Positions 28,565 through 40,723 of a stretch of DNA of 64,000 bases are shown piece after piece; the stretch's first letter is position 1, and each line of letters opens with the position of its first letter. The translations under genes were made by a program, and so were the position numbers. The stretch is taken from the NCBI GenBank assembly GCA_964016885.1, contig OZ024742.1, forward strand, positions 115,754,001-115,818,000. The letters are read 5' to 3'. The notes under the pieces were generated by a model that did not search any database, was not told where the DNA came from, and was given only the letters and a program-made list of their open reading frames with translations. This DNA is from Eledone cirrhosa (taxonomy: Eukaryota).

Positions 28565-29650
28565 ACGAGGTGTAGGAAAGAACCGCAATGACCCCGCCAC
28601 CGCCTCTGAAAAGCCTCATACATCTGCTTGGGTTCGAGTAACATGCGCCCATTTTGGTCAGGCAAATATTGAATTGTGGCTTTCTGGCCACGTCGCGCCT
28701 CCACCACACGGGGCCCATTGGACGGCTTCTGTCCCTTCGTGTCTCAGAGCACGCGTTCTAGCTCTGACAATGCAGCCTTCGTGCTTTGCGTTAAAGAATT
28801 GGTTGGGTGCCAATCTCGCTGCAATCACGTTGGTTGCGTTGTCTGTCCTAAACTTTTCTTCTAACTTTCTAACTAGCTCTCCCTCTACTCTATTTTCTTC
28901 TATCGCCAATCCTTTGCTAAACCTTATCGATTCTACTCTAATTGCCCTTTTCAGATCGCACCCGCCAACGCAATCTTAACTAATTCGCTTATCCAGTATC
29001 TGTAAACTTTGCGCGCCGGGAAAGACGCGTTCAGCTTCCAGTAACCGCGTCCTTGCCTATCAAATCTATCTAAGTTGACACCACAGATGATAAATTCGTG
29101 GTCCATGTATTCGACTACTTTAAATTGTAGACAACCTACACTAGCCTTATCTGTTTCCCTACAGAATACACTATCTAGATACGATCTGGATAACCCGATG
29201 CGGTTTGCCCATGTCTTCATAGGCATATTCAGATAATCCATTCGATACTTGTCAACAGTTGAAATCGTCGGAACAGGCTGTTGATACGTTTACACACTTC
29301 CGCTCCTATCTACTATACCCACATGATCCCATCATGCATCTAAGATAGCGTTCCAATCACCCACTAACACTAAAGTGCGGGACGTTCCCAGAAATGTTTC
29401 TAGACATCTGAAGAAATCTGGCTACTAGCCTGAAAGCATTGCCTTTACTGCGGGTCACGTCCAGAACCACTGACTTACCTTCTGGGTCCCGGAACATAGC
29501 CCGTATGGCGAGATCCAAGCCTCTCCGAAAAAGCACAGCAACTGCTCCACACCGCTCCCTGACGGCTGGGTGATGCCTATACATCGTAGCCGCTGTTGAT
29601 CGGTGCGAAGTTTCGTGCTTTGGAGATTCTGGTCTCGCCGATGGACACAA
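28565..29650 (-). pseudogene. Tx1-clade ORF2 fragment (AP endonuclease and linker) abutting the RTE copy
   Basis: VAVLFRRGLDL, RSYLDSVF, DHEFIIC, GYWKLNAS, AKHEGCIVRAR; homologous to the full-length copies below. Confidence 0.88.
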
Positions 29651-30383
29651 GCGTCGTATAATGAGAAAGATCGTACGTTGTTACCGGTTAATGGAGCTCT
29701 GGTGCTGCATTGCCACTTCAATGAAACTACTAACAAGCTTTTGCATCAACAATGTCAATTCTTTTCTGAAAGCAACTAAAATATTAATACATTTTATGAT
29801 GAATAAAATACATCTGTTTTCAGTTTCTTTTGTTTTAAAAGTCTAATAAATATTTCACATAAATACGATGTACAGAAAGTAGTAAATTTATCTTCACACT
29901 TCCGTAGGTGCCAAATATATACTAACATATTACAACGAGAATTAAGCTGTAGAATGATACATATAATAATACATAAAACTAATACATTTAATTAAATACA
30001 TGTATATATGTGTGATACACAAACACACAACACACAAACACACACAAACACACACACACATACACACATACACAGATGTATATAGCGTTGATATCATCCA
30101 CTACCCGGAATACCATAACTGGACTACACCTAAGGGGACTGGATATAACTATTATTTGTTACCCCGTATATATATATATAAATATCGCTCGTTCACCCTA
30201 TTTACGTGTCTCAACGACTTTTTTTAGCCGTTGCTCGCACCAACCAGACCTATATGGTCTTTAAAGCGATGAAATACCAATGAAGGCTGGAAGATCACTG
30301 ATGAAGGACTAAATTTATTCATATATATATATATAGAAAGATAGATAAATATACACGGGTGTGTATGATTGTGTATAGAAGAT

Positions 30384-30774
30384 TATATTAATAAAAGGAA
30401 TTCCAACTTTGTCTGATTTAGTCGTTTTATTTACAATCCTTTAAAATTCATAATGGTATTAGAATGAAATAGTATGGTAGAATATTAAATGTTAAGTGTT
30501 AATTGAACAACTACTTTCATGCTTTCGCAATCTTCAGGTTCATAATGTGTGGTGACAGTCAAGTTTGCAATTTTCAACTGTTGAAAATTGCAAACTTGAT
30601 TGTCACCACACATTATGAACCTGAAGATTACGAAAGCATGAAAGTACTTGTTCAATTAACACTTAACATTTAATATTCTACCATACTATTTCATTCTAAT
30701 ACCATTATAAGTTTTAAAGGATTGTAAATAAAACGAGTAAATCAGACAAAGATGGAATTCCTTTTATTAATATA
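30384..30774. repeat. Near-perfect palindrome (195-bp arms, 1-nt spacer at 30579), probably inverted Penelope-like 3' ends
   Basis: Arms are reverse complements with roughly 7 mismatches; each carries a CTGAAGA..GAAA hammerhead-like motif and an outward-facing AATAAA. Confidence 0.9.
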
Positions 30775-30907
30775 TATATATATATTCATATATTTGATAT
30801 TGGTCGTTTATTGAAATGGAACACTCCTTAATCACCGCAACACCTCCCAACTCCACTCCCAATCACTTACATTGCTCTTACCATTCACTATTTTCTGTGA
30901 AAACAAA

Positions 30908-30944
<37 letters not shown>

Positions 30945-30948
<4 letters not shown>

Positions 30949-32116
30949 CATAGCATCATAATTTTGAAATATCTATAAAACCGTCAAAAACTTGTTTATT
31001 TTTATGATTTTTTGGTTTAATATTAGTGTTGCTTAATATGTTTTGTTACAATTGCTAGTTCTTTTTATCAGAAAAAGGTAATTAAAATTCATTAAAATGA
31101 CAGATCTATCGGACTTTCAAAGAGGTCAAATTGTTGGTGCTCGTATGGCAGGCGATAGCGTAAAGAAACAGTCGAAATATTTGGTGTATCAAGAAGTACT
31201 GTCTCGAAAGTAATGACAGCCTTTGAGAAAGAGGGAAAACCTCCTCGTCGAAACATAACTCCGGAAGAAAACCAAAACTTTCAGATAGGGGCCGTCGGAC
31301 TCTTACGCGAATTGTTAGAAAGGATCATAAAAGTACAGCTCCCACAATTACTGCAGAGGTTAATGACCACCTCGATAATTCAGTTTCCACAAAAACTGTT
31401 CGCCGGGGGTTGCACAAAGCCGAATTTCATGGGAGGGCTGCTATCAGAAAACCACTACTTTCAAAACCAAAGGGTTTAGAGTGAAGTAAAAACTTACAGA
31501 ATTGGTCCCTAGAATGTTATTTTCTCGGATGAGTCATCCTTTACCTTATTTCCCACCACCGGCCGAGTATACGTGTGGAGACAGCCAAAAGAAGCATTAG
31601 ACCCAGACTGCCTTCTTCCAACTGTTAAAAGGAAATCCGCCGGCCCAATGGTTTTCCTTCATGGCAGAATTAATAGTCAAGGCTATTTAAGCATTTTATC
31701 TGATCAAATTCATCCTATGGTTGCGGAACTATTTCCGGAGGGAAACGCAATCTTTCAGGAGGATAATGCACCAATTCACACAGTTAAAATTGTTACTAAA
31801 CGGCACGAGGAACATTCTAGTGAAGTTGAACATCTTCTCTGGCCACCACAGTCCCCAGATCTCAATATTATTGAACATTTATGGTGAATTTTAGAAAAAA
31901 CAAGTAAGGAGTCGATATCCTCCACCATCATCACTACAAGAACTGGAGACTGTTTTAGCTGAAAAATGGACAAAAATTCCTTTGGAAACAATTCAACCTT
32001 TGTACGAGTCCATACCTCGTAGAATTCAAGTTGTATTTACTGCCAAAGGCGGTCCTACCCCATATTAAAATATATTTGTTTGAAATTTTAAGGTGTTTCC
32101 ATTATTTTGTCCAACC

Positions 32117-32119
<3 letters not shown>
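30945..32119 (+). mobile_element. Tc1/mariner DNA transposon (left TIR lost)
   Basis: Right end GGTGTTTCCATTATTTTGTCCAACCCTG followed by TA; the left end runs into a TA microsatellite with no matching TIR. Confidence 0.88.
31097..32068 (+). pseudogene. Tc1-like transposase pseudogene with DD36E spacing
   Basis: MTDLSDFQRGQIVGARMAG start, VIFSDESSF, FQEDNAPIH, WPPQSPDLNIIEHLW, AKGGPTPY* end; frameshifts and stops present. Confidence 0.92.
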
Positions 32120-32164
<45 letters not shown>

Positions 32165-32799
32165 AGAAATTGCCGAGAGAAATATAAACCGTGGAGATCC
32201 GCTCAGAGTGATTAAATCGCTCTGAACACACGCGTCAAGTGTCCATGCAGTACTGACTCATGGACCTCTTAGTTTTGTCGAACTGCTATTTCTGTTTATA
32301 GCATGTATCCAGCTCCGTTATGAAAACCCCATTTTCATCTTCCTTACGACAAAAAGGAGTGGCACTATTCCAGTCTGGTGCCTCTAACGAAATAAGCTGT
32401 GTGCTGAACGTAACTGAAAAGACTGAATACATGCACGTTCCCCTTCGGCCAAGCCTTCATCAATTTCTTCGGGTTCTTCTTGGAAAGGAAAATGTAGATG
32501 CAGAGGAACGTACTACTGTCCAGTACGTGTTAAATTTTGGGTGAATATACCATAGAAGGTCCGTGTGAGTGGACCTTTTCTGAGCAAGCGCTTATGGGCT
32601 GGAAAGTGCGTAGAAGTGGATGGTTACTTCCTTATATTATCTTGCGATTTAAGGTGGTTGCGGATCTTTGGAGTCCGGAAACTACCATTGAGCATGGTCC
32701 CTACTGTTCGGGCATTCGATTGTTATGTATTGATTGCATTCCTCATTTTCCTTTCTTTACGCGTTTTACGTAAATTTCCACTTGATTTGAAAAACTTCC

Positions 32800-35700
32800 C
32801 TGTTGAAGTGTTTGTTACGAATTGTAAATATGGTGTCATTCATTGCCACATCCACCCCCAAAAGTACTATTACAAACAACAGCACCCACACTACGGCAAC
32901 AACAAAAATTGCAACGGAAGACGAAACAAATTCGGCTTAAATATTACAAATTGTAAACACATTATGCTAAAAAACATTAGAAAACAAATATGCAGGTGAC
33001 ACTCCCCTCCACACACAAACATATTTTGCAAGTGCAAACAATGACTCATGATTTCGGCAAATGCCAAAAGAAGTACAACAACGCCAATGTTAGTACTAAC
33101 CCAGTCCATACACTCACTACAGAAACAAATATCAACAGCAGCACCACCAACAACAATAACAGCATCAACAACAGTAGCACCAACAGTAACAACACAACAT
33201 CTCTTCACAAGATTTTTATGATGTAAATGTTCTGAAATTTAAACAATTTAACTCCACCGTCATCTTCACACGAGCTACAAAATAAAGTGAACACAAGTAA
33301 AAACAACACAATACTTACTTTCACTATCACTACCAACACCATTTTCACCGCTAACACTAGGGAAACAATGAAATATACCTCAGAAGCAGAAAAAAGAAAT
33401 AACAGTAACGTTGACAATAGTGACAACAGAAACCACGACAGCAACCCAAATAACAATAGCAACAATAATAACAATACTTTCGCAGCAACAGCTGGCAGAG
33501 GAACCAAAAACACACACACACATGTTAACACATGCCCAATACATCGAACTGCCAGAGGCATCGAAGCAGACTGACGTAGAAAGCGCATTGAAAAATGTAA
33601 GGCCCCATATATAGCCCATCGCGAGAGCCATGTATTATGTGGGTATTTCAAAGCGCTTGCCGTTAAACACATAAATACCCAGTCGTATCGACACGTATGT
33701 TCTTTAAACATTTCATGTAGGTAGAACGTCTGTAAGGGTCAAGAATTCCGGGCATTCACCAGAGGAAATCTGGTGGATGTCGGCCCGCATCTTCCTAGAA
33801 GAAAGAAACTCGTGGAGACTTCATTAATCTTCTACGGGGAATGGCATGGCATGCTATTCTTTCAAGCAAACAAACGCATTTTCATTTGTGTGGGGATTCT
33901 AACCTCTTGAGAAGCACAAGTTATTATTGTTATCAACCCAAAAAAGGACCCGAAACGCCACAACATAAACAGCGAACAACTAAGAGAACAGAACGAACCC
34001 CGGTAACAGCAGTAACATCAACTGCAAAGCGAAGAGTTCCAGTAGGAGCCACAGCAGCAGCAACACCAGAACCACCATCAACGCAAGGGACAGCATCAGT
34101 AGAAGCATCACCAAAAGCACAATCAGCAGAAAGTAAGAAAACATATGACGTGAAAAGCTCCTACGGGTTTCTCCTAGTGCAGTTCTCCCTTTCCGTTTTC
34201 CTCTCCATCTCCCTCACTATGTCCACTGAAAAAATACTGGTTTATGCACTCAAACACAGACACCCACCCACCCGTATCTGCGATAGATTCTGCAGATAAC
34301 GGTACCTTCTTATCTTTAAGATATGATGAGTGGAGCACAACCCTCCACCACAACAAAAAGATGAATAAATCATCTCCACTCACACCAAAACACACACCAG
34401 AAAACAGCGAGAACACACACGCAAAAATACAGGCATTTTTACAAAAACAAACCCAACGCTACAACCGACAAAACAGCCACCGCCACAAACAGCAATACTA
34501 CTACAACGACTACAACCCACAAAAAGAAAGCACACGTAAAATTAACAACCAGCCACACAGACAACAAAAGTGGTGGTAATGTGGAAGGCCAACACAATAA
34601 AGATATAGTGAGATGGAGAGATTTTAGGTGGCAAAACTATTGCACAGCAAGAAACCTTAATGAAGTTGAGCAAAAAACATTAGGGAGAGATTTCCCCAAA
34701 AGATGGATACACACCAATGTAAAAGACCTGAGAAGGTTTTTCAAGGGATACTCGAAGGAACCGGAACAAGATCTGCAGGTCGAACCACCCGATCTCTAAA
34801 AGCACACCGGGTTTATGTAGTGGACTTTTTCTTTTAAATATTTCTAGACAAAGCAATTTTTAGAGAAAGTTTATAAATGTAGTGAACTAGGGTTGCTTAG
34901 AAACAATGTCACTTGTTCGACGAACACAGATCAGACACTAAAGATATGATCTCCGTCAGGAAGTCCACATTTTAGAATTTCAGATCTACATAACGTTTGG
35001 TTGGGCTAGAATAAGAGGCAATATGGCTGTGTTGTTTAAGAATGGCCTGAATCTCGAGGAAAGGACAGTACGTTGTTGGCTCTGGATGTGAGCAATAGCA
35101 ACAATGATGGTTTCAGTCTGGAAGCCACGATTGGAGCAAGAAGATTTAATCTTTTCAGGGACAGGAATCTTTTCTTGGGACCTCATGCAATTTACTGGCG
35201 GGGCATTGTAAGGCATAGTATATGCTCACGGAGTTTAACCGATAGGAGCGGGATTTGCAAAAGCCTAAAACAATGGATTAGATAATACCAACTGTCTTAC
35301 AGCTTACGATTAGATATCACGAATGCGCCAATGTAGACATGGGGTGATCTAGATCATATATAGATAGGTTTTTCCATTAGGTTAGTAAAGAGTGATAGAG
35401 GAAGGTGTCAGATCTCAACCGATCACCTATCCATACACAAATTTGTAATATGAATTGTAAACGTAGGTAGAACATATTCAGATGTATCCGGTTACTGGAA
35501 AGTTAGCGTTTCGTTTACGGCGAGTAAAATCTATAGTAACCGGATTAGAACATTGGTTTACGACTTTTGTGAGGAATATACCCGACTTCGGTGGAGTCCA
35601 ATCCTCATAGATGAATCGAAAGCTTTCGATAGGTTCGTCCATCTATAACTGGAATTGGTCATCAAGGCAGCCCGCTTCGTTCACAACTTAAGAAGCTGGT

Positions 35701-36680
35701 CTTACAGTGGATTCTGCTCTGTTTACATACTAAAAGGCCGCCTATCAGAACCATTTCAGATCATGGGTCCGCTCTATCAGACAAGCCCCCTTTCCTCCAT
35801 TAATCACTCGTGCCATTAATTTGGAAGCTGGGGTTATTGCAGAACATCCTGTTTGAACCGAGACGGGGAAGGGCTCTGTCTCCATATGCAGGCGACTGCG
35901 ACCTGACTTTGTCGAACAATTTGGCAATCGAAGTGGTGGTCAATTTTCTTACAGGAATATTAAAGATAGACAGCAAGACAAATCATCACGGACACGTCAG
36001 TGAATTTCAATCTTAGCATATCAAGAAGCAAAACCTTGCCGTTCAACAGCGTCGTTGGAGCTGGACTATCGGACCCTCACGTTTCATGGACTCTAATTCG
36101 GTCCAGATCTCCAGATGGATAAGAACAGAGACGAAGCAACCATCAGAGTGGTCACTCAAATTTACCCAGAAATTGGTCGATAGGAAGTTATCCCGAAGAT
36201 GATGGCCAGAGGTAACGAGCGCGTTTATCGTTTCCGTCATATATTAACATTTTACCCTCGTTCTATGACCCGGTTGGCGCCGAAAAGAAATTGTGTACTA
36301 ACTCTTTAACTTCTTTTACAAGGGACAAGTTCAATTTGGGAGTTCAACTGCTGAGAGTTGCTTTTGCACAATGGCCCAGGGCATGTGCATAAATATGCTG
36401 AGTCTACAGCATTTGCAGATATTCTCAAACGGTGGATAGGTATGCCAACTGTTTGGAAGGCATACATTTCCGCTGTTTGTCTCTTTGAATGAGCTGCTGT
36501 CGTGGGTCAAGCGAAGATCAAGACCGGGAGCCTGGCATCTATAATATTGTCAGCTGCTCACCATCTACCAATCAAGCAATGCAATCAGTATTAACGTTTT
36601 AGAGAAGAGTAGAGTAAGTCAAGTGCGACGACATACTCAGTACAAATGGCTACTTTCCAGAAATCTCTGGCATGGTAGCC
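32800..36680 (+). mobile_element. Old, highly degenerate Tx1-clade copy (E0), tail-to-tail with E1; boundaries approximate
   Basis: Thr/Asn-rich ORF1-like region, then ORF2 remnants ESKAFDR (~35613), FGPDLQMDKN (~36098) and FQKSLAW (~36655), homologous to E1/E2. Confidence 0.75.
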
Positions 36681-36835
36681 CAAGCCGTTCGTGATAAATT
36701 GTTGATGTGTTTGTATTGGTTCCGATCTTTGGTAACCTAACCTTCCCTTTGATAAAGATCCCTCTTTTGTGGAATTAAATAGTTTTTCCCAGTTTTCTTC
36801 GGCTCTAGTGATAAATAAACTGAAACCCATTATTG

Positions 36836-37046
<211 letters not shown>

Positions 37047-37289
37047 TATGCTTTATTTATTAACCACAAGGGTTTAGATAAAGTTGACATTAAGGACAGT
37101 ACATGACAATACAGGGCGGTACAAATGGGCATTTCTGTGTGTAAAAAAAACAGAGGTGTAACAAATAAAATAACAATGAAAAATTCCCCAATAGTGGGGA
37201 GACTTCCGATGGACATTTGTGGAGAAAGCCCATTAAAGGGCCACAGTGACCCTGACCAGCAGGGCATGTGCCCTCTCCAAGTTTTCGAC

Positions 37290-40200
37290 CTTTAATTTAC
37301 AGACACATACTCAGATTCATACTTGCTTCTCTCATCCATCTCTCAACAAAATGCTGGGAAGAGAGCACTTCCCTCTGCACCCTGATTTTCCTTTTCAAAT
37401 GAAATTTGAAAATGTTAATCAGGGCATCACAGGAGAGGTAAGTGCTCGTTTTCAGCCCTTTCAAACGGGTCCAGCATACTATCTATTTCGCCATGGCCAC
37501 CAGACAGATAAAAACTGGCTGCCATTCCCGGCTAAAGGAAGAGGGTGGGGAAATCCTCACGATGGACTCAGCTGATAGCTGGATCCGTCCTACACGTGAC
37601 AGCAGGTGTTCGACATAAACCCACAAGTCAGCAATGATCGGACACTGGACGAGTGCGTGCAGGACGGTTTCGTAACCCTGCGCGCATTTCGGAAATGCAA
37701 GGCTGACGGCACCTCCATGCCTGTAGAGTTTATCCCGAACTGGCAAAGCTCCCCGGTAGCACTGCCAGGTCAGGGATTTCTGGAAGTTGTCCATAGGCCC
37801 CGGCCTGAAAGTCCTTCCGAAGAGATTGGCTAGTTGATTTTCGTCGACGCCTAGAGTTTCTCCAAGTACGTCGTCGCTCTTCCCTCCACTAATGCTCTAT
37901 AGAACGCCAAGCTGGAGTTTCCACCGATCACATTGCCCGATTGGTCGGATGCTGTGAGCGCCTGAAGACATTCCAGTCTCCAAGCGCTCCCTCTCGGTCT
38001 TCGCTTGACCCAGAACTGCAGCTCCATCAAGGAGACTAGCTGGGGAAAGACGTGTCTAGAAAAAGGCGACCACACCTGATCACCGTCGAGGAAGAGGTGG
38101 AGATGTCGTAGCCTGAGCGCGTGTCTGCGCATCATCAGCCACGGCATGCCCAGCTCTCTACGTGGGGTGTGTTGACAGCAGAGGACCGCCTGACCATCGG
38201 AGCGCGTCCCTTCCACAAAAAGCGAATAAGTAAACGCTCCAGCGCAGTCAGGCGGGGCTGCTTAGGATAAGGTACGACGGTAAGGCGGTAGTAGATGACG
38301 GACGCGATGTACGCGTTAGCCACCTCCGCTCGACCTTTCAGGGATAGCTTCCTCTCGGCCCATTTCTGGGTGAGAGAAGCCACCCTGCACGACAGCTCGT
38401 CCCAGTTTTTGTCCATCTGGAGGTCCGGACCGAACCAGACCCCTAGCAATTTAACCGGTCCGTCCGTCAAGCGCCCGACAACGTTGTTGGACGGCATGGA
38501 TCTGCCTCTCCAGGTGCCGACCTGCAGGCCCACTGACTTTTCCTGGTTGATCATTGCTCCTGTCACCGCTTCGTATTCTCTTAGTGTAGTGCCGATCGCC
38601 TCGATGTGTTTGGCGTTCGACACCACTACGGTGACATCGTCCGCATATGCTGACACGGATCTTCCGCATCCTAGTTCGCGCGGGACCCTGCTCAACTTCT
38701 CCAGTTTGTGCAGTAATAGCTTGAGAGTCAATACGTACAAGAGGTACGAGAGTGGACATCCTTGACGGACCGAGCGCATGAATTTGAACGGTTCCGAAAG
38801 GTAACCGTTCACTCTCACCACAGAGCAGATGTCGCTGTGCATGGCAGCGATCCAGCCTTTGAAGACGGGCCCAAAGCCAGCCGCCCACAGGACTGCCGCT
38901 AGTTAACGATGGTCAACCCTATCGAAAGCTTTCGACTGATCTAAATTGATCAAGGACTCGCCCGTGCCAGGTTCTCTAGCTACCCTCTCTACGATGTATC
39001 GCATGAGGTGGAGGTTGTCGTGGATGGATCTGTCGGGAATGGGGCACGTCTGCGCCTCTCCCACCAGACCACAAACGCAAGCACCAACCTCTTTGCTAGC
39101 ACCTTGCCCAAAATCTTGAACTCTGTGTTTAGCAGAGTTATGGGCCTGAAATTATCTATGTTATCCCCCTTGTTCGGATACATTCTCAGCAGCGCCACAG
39201 CTCCTCGGCTCACAATGCTGGGAATTCTCCCGTTCTCTTGCCAGTTGCAGTAGACGTCCGCCAAGAGGCCTCCGACAAGTCTGGCATCTGTACGTGAAGT
39301 TCATAGGGCAGAACATCCAAACCTGTCGATTTACCCCTTTGGCAGCCAGTCATCGCCTCCCGTACTTCAGCGGCTGTTATCGGCTTTTCGCAACACTCTG
39401 CCTCAGCGGCCGAGAGCCGCGGCAGTCCGTCGAGGTAGACACTAAAGTCCATCCCTCGATCCGGCCCGCCGCTGGCCCCGAACAGCTGTGCGAAGTGTCG
39501 CTGAAAAGCTTCACACATTTGCCCGGGATCGAGTAGAATGCGCCCGTCGTGGTCCGCCAAAGACGGATCGCGGTTTTGTTGCCACGACGCGCCTCCTCTA
39601 CTCGGACCCATTGAACGGCTTTCGTCCCCTCGTGTCTGAGAGCACGCACCCTAGCTCTGACAACGCAGCCTTCGTGCTTTGCATTGAAGAATTGGTAAAG
39701 GGCCAATTTCGCCACAAGTACGTCGGTCGCGTTGCGTTTGCTAGCGCCTCGACTAATTTTCTAACTAATTCTCCCTCTGCTCTATTTTTCGCTATTGCTA
39801 AAGCCTTACTAAAACTAATGGACTCTATTTTAATTGCTCTTTTCAGAGCAAACCACCACTTGTTGTTGATGATGGACCCCTCAACGGCCGCTTAACTAGT
39901 TCGCTAATCCCGTTTCTGTAGGCCTTGCGCACTGGTAAGGACGCGTTTAGCTTCCAGTAGGTCCTCGTCTAAGAAGTCTATCTAAATCAAGCACACATAT
40001 CACGAATTTGTGGTCCGTGTAGCTGACTATCTTGAATTGTTGACAGCCTTTGCTAGACCTATCTATTTCCATACAAAATACTCTATCTAGATATGATCTT
40101 GATGACCCTATGCAAATTGTCCAAGTCCACATTGGCACATTCGGGAAATCCAATCGGTACCTGTCAGACAGTTCAAAACGCTTGAGCAGGTTGGTGAGAC

Positions 40201-40690
40201 TCTTGCACCCTCCTCCCCTATCCACTAATCCCACACAGTCCCAGCGTGCATCTAAGATCCCGTTCCAGTCGCCCACTAACACTAAAGAGCGAGATGTTCC
40301 AAGAAAGGTCTCCAGACGCCGGAATAAATCAGGCCGCTCTGCTCCTGTCGGGGCATAGACGGCCACTAAACTGAAAGGTTGCCCGTCTCCGCTGGTTACG
40401 TCCAGCACCACCAACTTACCTTCTGGGTCCAGGAAGATGGCCCGTATGGCAAGATCCAAACCTCTCCGTAAAAGCACAGCAACTCCTCCCCCGATCCCGG
40501 ACGGCTGGGAGATGCGTACACACTGTAGCCGCCGAATATCGGTCCGAAGACCCGTGCTTCGGAGATTCTGGTCTCGCTGATGGCCACTACATATATGTTT
40601 AGTGAACTGAGGTCATTGAGCAGGTAGCCCTGCTTCCAATACGACCCCAAGCCGCGCGCGTTTATGCTGCCTATTCTGAGTGAGGTTATG
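37290..40690 (-). pseudogene. E1 ORF2: AP endonuclease plus reverse transcriptase, frameshifted
   Basis: LRIGSINARG, ISET, LVAVYAPT, GDWN, SYLDRVF, TDHK, NFRPITLLNTEFKIL, DQSKAFDRV, SVRQGCPLS, AYADDVT, LLGVWFG, PKCAQGYETVLHALVQC. Confidence 0.93.
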
Positions 40691-40723
40691 TTGAAATGGA
40701 GTAGAGAAGATGGGAAAGACCAC

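Noticed and set aside
40414-40421. Second AG|GTAAGT donor-like motif inside ORF2 (also ~29473, ~45710, ~58591)
   Set aside because: Explained by conserved Gly-Lys-Leu/Ser codons (GGT AAG T..) in the endonuclease. It is a caution that donor-like motifs can arise from coding constraints in this family.
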